From a bacterium (GTDB taxonomy: Bacteria > Patescibacteriota > Minisyncoccia > Moranbacterales > UBA2206): a stretch of DNA of 55,345 nucleotides. Each line of letters begins with the position of its first letter. Within the stretch, counting starts at the first letter, position 1. The stretch spans positions 1 through 55,345 of the forward strand of contig JAJYDG010000002.1 in NCBI GenBank assembly GCA_021777675.1, in the 5' to 3' direction. Both the position numbers and the translations under genes were made by a program. Positions 48,299 to 55,345 of this stretch are shown here, one piece after another. The notes beneath the pieces were generated by a model that was not told the origin of the DNA, searched no databases, and worked only from the letters and a program-made list of their open reading frames with translations.

Positions 48299-48370
48299 AG
48301 CCGAAGATCGGAGTTGAACCGATAACCTACTGTTTACAAAACAGTTGCTCTGCCATTGAGCTACTTCGGC
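48299..48370 (-). tRNA. tRNA-Thr (TGT)
   Basis: Acceptor GCCGAAG/CTTCGGC, loop TTTGTAA, GGTTCAACTCC. Confidence 0.95.
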
Positions 48371-48401
48371 AATATTTTTCATCTCTCAAACCTTGATAGC
48401 G

Positions 48402-48454
48402 CTACTATTCACAAAACAGTTACTCTGCCACTCCGCTACTTCGGCAATATTTTT
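48402..48454 (-). repeat. Degenerate tandem copy of the tRNA-Thr(TGT) 5' part plus upstream flank
   Basis: 47/53 identical (counted by eye) to 48327-48379, offset 75 bp; no T-arm or 3' acceptor strand. Confidence 0.85.
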
Positions 48455-48486
48455 TAAATTTATTTTATCAGTATAATTTAATCTCA

Positions 48487-49206
48487 TTATTTTTTCAACA
48501 TCCTTTCCAATTTTCTCATTTTGTATCTGATATTTGAGCTTGTTGGATTTAATTTCAAAACTTGCTTAAAACATTCTTTTGCATAATCTAAATTTTTTAT
48601 TTCCAAATAATATTCCCCCAGCCTTTCATACGCCTCAATATCTTTTGGGTTAGTGGCAATTCTTTCAATTAACAATTCTTCCAGGCGATCTTTTGTTTCA
48701 CTTCTTCTTTTCGGCACAACAACACGATCACTGACAATTGGACGAAAAAACTTTTCTGTTGTTTCTTCTTGATATTTTTGTTGGCGCAAGAACATTTTTT
48801 CTCGCAAATCCTTCTTTTCTTGCATATTTTTTCCGCTACTGTTCACAATTCCATCTAAAACCTCTTTTTCTTCAGTAAATAATTCCGTATTCTTATTGTT
48901 TTTTTCAACATTTCTTCTCTTGCGGATACCTTCTCCTAAAATTTTAAATTTATTCTCCGACTTCAAAAAAATCAATCGAATTCTTCTGACTATTTTTTCC
49001 AAAATCGCCAAAATCACTCGATTTATTTTTGCGAAAATTCCCTCGGAAACTGATTGATTAGTGATAGCTTTTTCTTTGTTTTCTTTTTCGCTCAATTCCT
49101 CTCGTTTTCTCAATTCATTTATAGCAGAACTTTTTTTCACCAAAAACAAAATTATTCCGATAATACTCAAGATTACAAGTAATGGTGAAATAATTGAATA
49201 TGGCAT
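48487..49206 (-). CDS. Membrane-anchored protein with C-terminal TPR
   Basis: N-terminal TM; NPKDIEAYERLGEYY....DYAKECFKQVLKLNP. Confidence 0.85.
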   Translation of the reverse strand: MPYSIISPLLVILSIIGIILFLVKKSSAINELRKREELSEKENKEKAITNQSVSEGIFAKINRVILAILEKIVRRIRLIFLKSENKFKILGEGIRKRRNVEKNNKNTELFTEEKEVLDGIVNSSGKNMQEKKDLREKMFLRQQKYQEETTEKFFRPIVSDRVVVPKRRSETKDRLEELLIERIATNPKDIEAYERLGEYYLEIKNLDYAKECFKQVLKLNPTSSNIRYKMRKLERMLKK

Positions 49207-49210
49207 AAAA

Positions 49211-49987
49211 TTATTTTTTTATCTTTAACTGTTCCTTTTTCATTGTTACATATTTTCCATTCTTTGTTTTTACTTTGATTTCTTGGGTAATCGCGTTCAC
49301 CTCGATTACAGTTCCCTCTCCTTCCGGTGTTTTTATCATACTATACATTTCCGGCATTCCCGCCAACATTTCTCGATAACATTGCGCTTCATAGGCCAAG
49401 CAACACATCAGTCTTCCGCAAGAACCGGAAATTCTTTCCGTTCCTCTATGCGCGATTTGTTGAATACGTGCCATATCAGTGGTAATACTGGGAATGCTAT
49501 TTTTAAATTTAACACAACACAATTCTCTTCCGCAAACACCGCAATCGCCTAACTTTCTTGCCTCATCGCGAGAACCAATCTGCTGCATTCTTACATTTTT
49601 CTTAAACTGTGCAGAAAGATTTCTTACCAGTTCGCGAAAATCCACCCTCCCATCCGAAGTAAAGGCGAAAATGATTTGTTTGCCATCCAAACTGATTCCT
49701 GCATCAACTATTTTCATTGCCAAGCCCATTTTTTTTGCTTCATTCTTGCAAGAGTCCACTACAGCCTCTTTCTCTTTCTCATATTTTTCAAAAGTATCCA
49801 AATCTCGTTTTGTCGCTTGACGCAAAACTTGATCGTTTCCAGTTTCACTAACTTTCTCACATTCAACAACTCCAAGCTCGTTAATATGTTCACAAGACAC
49901 CACTACTCGATCGTTTTTTTTAAGCTTGATCTCACTGATGCATGGTCTGGCGCTTTCCCAGGAATATATTTTGACTAAAACGCTCAT
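49211..49987 (-). CDS. PSP1-domain protein (RicT/YaaT family)
   Basis: FTSDGRVDFRELV, QIGSRDEA, CGVCGRELCC, SGSCGRLMCCLAYE. Confidence 0.93.
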   Translation of the reverse strand: MSVLVKIYSWESARPCISEIKLKKNDRVVVSCEHINELGVVECEKVSETGNDQVLRQATKRDLDTFEKYEKEKEAVVDSCKNEAKKMGLAMKIVDAGISLDGKQIIFAFTSDGRVDFRELVRNLSAQFKKNVRMQQIGSRDEARKLGDCGVCGRELCCVKFKNSIPSITTDMARIQQIAHRGTERISGSCGRLMCCLAYEAQCYREMLAGMPEMYSMIKTPEGEGTVIEVNAITQEIKVKTKNGKYVTMKKEQLKIKK

Positions 49988-50010
49988 AGGATAACTGCTA
50001 AAAAATTTAT

Positions 50011-50460
50011 TTACAACTCAACACGGAAGAATTCACCGATCTGGATATTTTCTCCTATTTTGGCAATTTTTTCAATTAACAACTCTTGGACTGTTTGTTC
50101 GGGATTTTTTACAAATGGTTGCGCCAATAATTCTTCTATAGTTTTTGGTCCGATAGCGGCAATGTGCATGGCGATATCTTTTGCCAACTCGACAAACTCC
50201 GTATTTCTTGCGACAAAATCACTTTCACAACATAATTTTATAATCGCACCCAGTTTATTATTTGGATGAATATAACTGGAAACAACGCCCTCACTCGCTT
50301 CTCGATCGGATTTTTTAGCGGCTTTTAGCTCCCCTCGCTTTCTAAGCAATTCGATTGCGGTTTTTTCATCCCCATTCGCTTCATCTAGCGCTTTTTTAGT
50401 TTCTACTATACCGGAACCTAAAAGCTCTCTGATTTTTTTAATTTGTTCTAATGTCGCCAT
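50011..50460 (-). CDS. tsf: Elongation factor Ts, short form
   Basis: IKKIRE..G.G....KKALDEA.GD, CESDFVARN, MHIAA, GENIQI..F.R; follows rpsB. Confidence 0.95.
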   Translation of the reverse strand: MATLEQIKKIRELLGSGIVETKKALDEANGDEKTAIELLRKRGELKAAKKSDREASEGVVSSYIHPNNKLGAIIKLCCESDFVARNTEFVELAKDIAMHIAAIGPKTIEELLAQPFVKNPEQTVQELLIEKIAKIGENIQIGEFFRVEL

Positions 50461-50465
50461 ATTTT

Positions 50466-51272
50466 TTATTTAACTTTTTTCTCTTCAGGCAAAACATTTT
50501 TTTTAGCTTTTGCCGATAGAATAGTTTTAATAACATAACTCATAATTATTTTCAATGCCGAAACGGCATCATCGTTGGCGGGAATAATATAATCCGCATC
50601 TGCCGGATCAACATTTGAATCAGCAATCGCAATTACCGGAATATTCTTGTTTCTAGCTTCCTTTATAGCTAAATTGTCATCGATTATGCTTGCAACAAAT
50701 ACCGCTCCCGGCAAGCCGTACATAGTTTTTATTCCGCCCATTTTTGTCTCCAGACGCTCCAGCTCTTCGGCAAATTTCATTTGCTCAAATTTAGTATATT
50801 TTTCATATTCACCCTTTACCATTTTTTCTTGTCCTTCGCGCAAATATCGAGTGCGAGAAGATATAACGGAAAAATTAGTGAATGTGCCACCCAGCCACCG
50901 CTCTGAAACATAAGGCATATCACATTTTTTAGCGGCCAATTCAATAATTTTTTTTGCTTGTTTTTTCGTTCCGACAAAAAGAATCGGCTTGCCTTGTGAG
51001 ATAACCGTTTCCACAAATGCCAGTGCTTCTTTTAATTTTTCTTCCGTCTTTTGTAAGTTAATTATACTAATTCCATTTTTCACGCCAAAAATATAGGGGT
51101 TCATTTTTGGGTTCTTTCTTGACTTGTGATGTCCGAAATGCACTCCGCCACGAAACATATCTTCCACATTGATTTTCAAACTCGAAAAATCAACATCAGA
51201 AAAATAGTCGACAGCTTTTCCGATCTCTTTCTCGCCGGCACTTTCCAAGGCAGACGCTTCTTGTTTTTTCAT
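50466..51272 (-). CDS. rpsB: 30S ribosomal protein S2
   Basis: GVHFGH, NPKM, LFVGTKKQA, RWLGGTFTNF, PANDDA. Confidence 0.98.
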   Translation of the reverse strand: MKKQEASALESAGEKEIGKAVDYFSDVDFSSLKINVEDMFRGGVHFGHHKSRKNPKMNPYIFGVKNGISIINLQKTEEKLKEALAFVETVISQGKPILFVGTKKQAKKIIELAAKKCDMPYVSERWLGGTFTNFSVISSRTRYLREGQEKMVKGEYEKYTKFEQMKFAEELERLETKMGGIKTMYGLPGAVFVASIIDDNLAIKEARNKNIPVIAIADSNVDPADADYIIPANDDAVSALKIIMSYVIKTILSAKAKKNVLPEEKKVK

Positions 51273-51435
51273 ATTATTTATTCCTTTAAATTATTATAGC
51301 CTTTATATAAAGGATAAAGGCTTACCGCTATTTTTCGTTTATTTCGTTTTTTTCGAAACCGGCATTTTATCCTTATTTGATATTTCGCAAACAAGGCAGG
51401 ACAATGCCCGAAAAATATGAGATTTATACCTAACC

Positions 51436-51464
51436 ACTATATCAGTTGATGCGCCACTTGTCAA
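51436..51464 (-). promoter_or_regulatory. Sigma70-type promoter of rpsB-tsf
   Basis: TTGACA-N17-TATAGT, about 160 nt upstream of rpsB. Confidence 0.75.
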
Positions 51465-51528
51465 TTTTCTTTTTATGTGCTAAATTTGGCTAGTGCTACT
51501 TATTAAATAATTTTATCGCCAGCTTTTT

Positions 51529-51783
51529 ATGAAAAAAGACATTCATCCTGAATATTTTTCAGATGCTAAAATAATTTGCGCTTGCGGAAATATCTTGGAA
51601 ACAGGATCGACCGTAAAAGAAATGAAGGTGGAAATTTGCTCCGCTTGCCATCCTTTTTATACCGGTAAGAAAAAATCCCTGGACACTGCGGGACGAATAG
51701 ATCGCTTCAAAAAGCGAGCGGAAAAAACAGCAGAAAAGAACGCGACCAAGAAGACTAAAAAAGAACGAGTTGCAAAAAAATAG
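51529..51783 (+). CDS. rpmE: 50S ribosomal protein L31
   Basis: [29 protein letters not shown]. Confidence 0.98.
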   Translation: MKKDIHPEYFSDAKIICACGNILETGSTVKEMKVEICSACHPFYTGKKKSLDTAGRIDRFKKRAEKTAEKNATKKTKKERVAKK

Positions 51784-51806
51784 CTATCAAAAAACTTGCT
51801 TCCCTG

Positions 51807-51832
51807 AAAACAGACTTCGTTGTCTGTTTTTT
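51807..51832. terminator. Intrinsic terminator between convergent genes
   Basis: AAAACAGAC-ttcgtt-GTCTGTTTTTT. Confidence 0.75.
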
Positions 51833-51887
51833 GTGTGATTATCCTAAAAAATTTTATTTTATATTTCTATTGTTTTTGAATTCCGGC

Positions 51888-52793
51888 TTAATTTTTTTCC
51901 TGCGAACTGCCGGCAATGTTTGAATTTGCCACACCAGAATTTTCCGTATTTTGTGCATCTCCTTTGAATTTATAAAAAACTTTATTATCCAATCGAAGAT
52001 CGATATATTCCAAATCTTTTTGATGATCGCTTCCGATTTCATTATTCAAAACGGCACGAAGCATTAAGGCTGACTTCTTCAAACCGACACTTTCATTAAA
52101 ATAAATTTTAAAATTTCCATCCGTCTCAACATCCAAATCGCCAGACATGCGATTAGGCGTTGTGTAGATATTTTTTAGAGAAAGTCCGGTTTCATCATAT
52201 ATAATCGGCGCCAATTCAAGGATAAATGTTTGAAAATCCGGCTCTAATGGTTTTTCTCCTGGCACTATCGCAATACCGCTCAAATCATTCAGTGTAATTA
52301 AATTTTCTTTTGCCAACTCATCTTTTGTAAAATTATCCGCCGGATAAGAGTTGCCCGCTTCATTCAGCGTATAACAAATATTTGCCGAGCAAACAAGCAA
52401 CAACAATTTTCGTTCCTTAATCGACACTTCCAATGTATCCGGAAAAACTCGATTGATTTGAACCGATTCAATGCGTTTGAATTTATCCAATATTTTTTTT
52501 TCAACTTCTTTCGTATTTATTAAAATTAAATTATTCTTATTTATCCATTTAAAATATTTTCCCCCTAAACACTCCTCAATAGTGGTTTGAATTGGTGCTT
52601 CCGATAATTTTTCCAATCCGGAAATTTTAATTGAAGTAATGGAAAGATAAGAAGAGAAAAACAATACAAAAAACGCTGTTGCTAAAAAAAGCAAAGCTGT
52701 TACGCGATATACCCAGGGATCCCAAGCTATTTTTTCCCCTTTTGTTATTATCGGTTTTTTTCTTTTTTTTTGTTGTATAATTACTTTTTGCAT
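51888..52793 (-). CDS. FtsQ/DivIB-like POTRA-domain cell division protein
   Basis: TM, I..IKISG, RVFPDTLEV.IKER, EYIDLR..NKVFYK. Confidence 0.82.
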   Translation of the reverse strand: MQKVIIQQKKRKKPIITKGEKIAWDPWVYRVTALLFLATAFFVLFFSSYLSITSIKISGLEKLSEAPIQTTIEECLGGKYFKWINKNNLILINTKEVEKKILDKFKRIESVQINRVFPDTLEVSIKERKLLLLVCSANICYTLNEAGNSYPADNFTKDELAKENLITLNDLSGIAIVPGEKPLEPDFQTFILELAPIIYDETGLSLKNIYTTPNRMSGDLDVETDGNFKIYFNESVGLKKSALMLRAVLNNEIGSDHQKDLEYIDLRLDNKVFYKFKGDAQNTENSGVANSNIAGSSQEKN

Positions 52794-52800
52794 TATTTTC

Positions 52801-53679
52801 CTAAAAAAATACCAACAAATTTTCTATTGCCAAACGTGCATTGGCATTTGTTGTATTTAATATTTTTTTGGTACTGGCAATTTTTTCAATCAAATCCAAC
52901 GCTTTATCGGGAAAAATATCAATTAATGCTTTTTCCCCCAGCACTGTTTTGCGCAAAACAACAATCCACAAATCCATTTTTTGCGATAACTCAAAAATAT
53001 CCTTACTCGCTTTTTCCGCAAAAAAAAACTTATCATTCAAATTCATTGAAAATAAAGATTTGAATTCTTCCAATATTTCTTTTCGTTTTTGCAATGCATC
53101 ACTTTCCGTTAAAAATTTTTGCGCAAAGCCCGGCCTTCCTAATGACCAAAAAATCAACGCTTCCCTATCTTTTTCAGCAATAAATATTTCAGCGATTTCC
53201 TTGTCAGACAGCAAGCTAAAGCGGATTATTTGACAACGAGAAACAACCGTTGGAAGCAAGCTGTTTTCATTTTCCGCCACCAAAACAATCACGGATTTCA
53301 ACGGCGGTTCTTCCAATGTTTTTAGCAGTGCGTTTTGTGCCGCAATATTCATTTTTTGCGCGCTACGAATAATTGCTACACGATATCCTTTTTCGAAAGA
53401 AGTCAGGCTGAATTCCTTTTCGATATTTTTAATTTTTTCTATTTTAATCTCTTTTTCTTTAAATATCCCGTCTTTTTCCTCAATTTCCGGCTCAATAATT
53501 GATAGATTTCGATTTAATTTTCCATCTTTTTCTTCGGTAAGTTTTCCGCAAAAATACATCGCTGTCAAAAATTTTCCCACACCTTCCGGACCGCAAAAAA
53601 GATACGCATGAGAGATGCTTTTTTTCTCAACCGCAAAATCCAATGCGGTAATTATTTTTTGATGTCCTTTGATTGACAT
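52801..53679 (-). CDS. holB: DNA polymerase III delta' subunit
   Basis: SHAYLFCGPEGVGK, AQNALLKTLEEPP, LLPTVVSRCQ. Confidence 0.92.
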   Translation of the reverse strand: MSIKGHQKIITALDFAVEKKSISHAYLFCGPEGVGKFLTAMYFCGKLTEEKDGKLNRNLSIIEPEIEEKDGIFKEKEIKIEKIKNIEKEFSLTSFEKGYRVAIIRSAQKMNIAAQNALLKTLEEPPLKSVIVLVAENENSLLPTVVSRCQIIRFSLLSDKEIAEIFIAEKDREALIFWSLGRPGFAQKFLTESDALQKRKEILEEFKSLFSMNLNDKFFFAEKASKDIFELSQKMDLWIVVLRKTVLGEKALIDIFPDKALDLIEKIASTKKILNTTNANARLAIENLLVFF

Positions 53680-54785
53680 AATTTATCTTCAATAAATTTT
53701 CCTATTGCCAGCTTGAATTTTTCTTCACTAAATTCTTGCGCTCTTTTTTTTATTAATTCACAATCAAATTCTTGCTCACTCTCCAAAAACCGCCTCACTC
53801 CATCAGCAATAACCTCCGGGGTTGCCACGTCAAAAAATTCTCCGGTAATTCCTTCTAAAAATATTTCACGAGCACCGCCTTTTTTTACCGCCAGAACCGG
53901 AACGCCAAAAGTCATTGCTTCTACTGGAGCAATTCCGAAATCATCTATTGATGAAAAAATAAATCCGCGAGCACCGGCATAAATTTGAGGTAATTTTTCG
54001 TCTTCTTGGAATCCCCAAAATTGAATATTTTTATTAGCAACCGATTCCAAATATTTTCTTTGATCGCCGGTACCCACAATCATCAAAGGCAATTCCAATT
54101 TATTAAACGCTTCAATAACCGCATCGATTTTCTTATCGGCTGAAAGGCGAGAAACGACCAAAAAGTAACGCCGATCAACCTCTATTTTTTGTGTATTTTT
54201 AGCAATAGTCACGGGCGGATAGATGACTGTCGCTTCGCGTCCATAATACTTTTTTATTCTTTTTTTTGTATAGTATGAATTGGCGATCAAATAATCCGGA
54301 CGATCTGCCGCAACATAATCCCACAAGCGGATATAATTCTTAATAATCCCGACTAAAAAATTTATTACGGCACATTTTTTTTTCCGGCGCAAATATTCAA
54401 CATTTTCGTCCCAAACAAACCGCATCGGGCTATGCAAATATGCGATATGAATAGTATTTAATCGCGTTATAATGCCCTTAGACCACGCGCCAGAACTGGA
54501 AATAACCAAATCATAATCGCGCAAATTAAAAATTTCCGGAGCAACAGGCAAAAAAGGTAGCAGCCACTTCTTATTTTTTCTGAAAAACTTTGGCCATTTT
54601 TGCAAAAAAGAAGTATGCACCTTTTTCTTTTTGAGCCATTCCGGAGCATTTTCTTTGGCATAAAGCAAGGTGTAAATTGGAGCATTGGGAAACATTTCCC
54701 CCAAAACCCGCAAAACCCTTTCTGCTCCGCCAAAATCAACCAAAAAATCATGTACCAAAGCTATTTTTAATTCTTTTTTTTTCAT
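53652..54785 (-). CDS. GT4 glycosyltransferase
   Basis: ALVHDFL...GGAERV, VSRL...K, DDFGIAPVEAM. Confidence 0.93.
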   Translation of the reverse strand: MKKKELKIALVHDFLVDFGGAERVLRVLGEMFPNAPIYTLLYAKENAPEWLKKKKVHTSFLQKWPKFFRKNKKWLLPFLPVAPEIFNLRDYDLVISSSGAWSKGIITRLNTIHIAYLHSPMRFVWDENVEYLRRKKKCAVINFLVGIIKNYIRLWDYVAADRPDYLIANSYYTKKRIKKYYGREATVIYPPVTIAKNTQKIEVDRRYFLVVSRLSADKKIDAVIEAFNKLELPLMIVGTGDQRKYLESVANKNIQFWGFQEDEKLPQIYAGARGFIFSSIDDFGIAPVEAMTFGVPVLAVKKGGAREIFLEGITGEFFDVATPEVIADGVRRFLESEQEFDCELIKKRAQEFSEEKFKLAIGKFIEDKLCQSKDIKK

Positions 54786-54792
54786 ATTTTCA

Positions 54793-55345
54793 TTATTCTT
54801 TCGTTAAAATCTTTGCGATTTGTCGTGAACATTTTTCCCAACTGAACCTCTTGATATTTTCATTACCTTTTTTTATTATATCATTTCTTAAATCTTTATT
54901 GCCAACCAACATTTCAATGGCATTTCCGATCATTTCCACTTCATTAGGATCAACCAAAAAAGCGCTCCCCTCTGAAACCTCCGGAAAAGACGAACAATTA
55001 GAAGTAATCACGGGCAAGCCAAAACTTTGCGCCTCCAAAATTGGAATACCAAAACCTTCGTAAAAGGTAGGGAACAAAAAAATACTGGCTTGCTTAAACA
55101 ATTGCCATTTCTCTTCTTCGCTGACGAAACCCAAGAGGACGATATCTTTTTTGTATTGAGATTTTTTCAATCTTTTTTTTATTTCATACTCTCCATAACC
55201 AAATCTTCCACCCAAAACCAATTTGTAATTTGTTTTATTTTTTTGCTTGAAAAGTTCAAAAGCGGAAATGATTCCCTCGATATTTTTTCTTTTTTCCAAT
55301 CTGCCTATAAAAAGCAAATATGGCTTCAATTTTTCAATTTTTTCT
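54793..55345 (-). CDS. GT4 glycosyltransferase, 5' part outside window
   Basis: FIGRLEKRKN, YEGFGIPILEAQ..G.PVI.SN..S.PEV. Confidence 0.9.
   Translation of the reverse strand, partial: EKIEKLKPYLLFIGRLEKRKNIEGIISAFELFKQKNKTNYKLVLGGRFGYGEYEIKKRLKKSQYKKDIVLLGFVSEEEKWQLFKQASIFLFPTFYEGFGIPILEAQSFGLPVITSNCSSFPEVSEGSAFLVDPNEVEMIGNAIEMLVGNKDLRNDIIKKGNENIKRFSWEKCSRQIAKILTKE

Noticed and set aside
48072..48396. ORFs 48072-48293 (-) and 48187-48396 (+)
   Set aside because: They overlap three tRNA genes; spurious translations
1088..55063. Numerous 60-130 aa ORFs nested in or antisense to confident genes
   Set aside because: Shadow ORFs without motifs or expression signals
1..55345. CRISPR array, integrase, transposase, prophage or rRNA
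   Set aside because: No regularly spaced repeats, recombinase/transposase motifs, phage structural genes or rRNA-like sequence were seen
1..55345. Alternative genetic code (TGA recoding as in Gracilibacteria/SR1)
   Set aside because: Conserved genes are full length under code 11, several end in TGA, and no in-frame TGA is needed

Overview
AT-rich, gene-dense bacterial chromosome segment using genetic code 11 (TGA stops, tRNA-Trp CCA). Mostly SD-less starts, a short EF-Ts, an extended S6 and the gene content suggest Patescibacteria/CPR (Parcubacteria-like); this taxonomy is inference. Contents: translation housekeeping genes (typA, hpf, rpsF-ssb-rpsR-efp-smpB-ssrA-infC-rpmI-rplT, rpmG, tsf, rpsB, rpmE, four tRNAs); murB, holB, ftsQ-like and ricT-like genes; two OmpR-type two-component loci; an ECF-sigma/MacAB-type operon running into a lipid/glycan-modification cluster with two multi-domain GH130-like proteins; and an integrase-free defence cluster downstream of tRNA-Trp (NucS-like/DUF5655, EcoRI-family MTase, DUF262-HNH, RloC-like ATPase-HEPN, DUF2779). 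The most notable signals the ORF track does not show are: (1) a leaderless 37-codon leader peptide with a terminator/antiterminator switch and a boxA-like site, controlling an unknown gene that is split by a -1 shift at a poly-T tract; (2) four identically spaced TTCAT-N6-TTCAT-N10-(-10) boxes outlining a two-component regulon; (3) an ECF-type promoter in the 3' end of its own sigma gene; (4) a degenerate tRNA-Thr half-copy. All family assignments come from motif recognition by eye; no searches were run.
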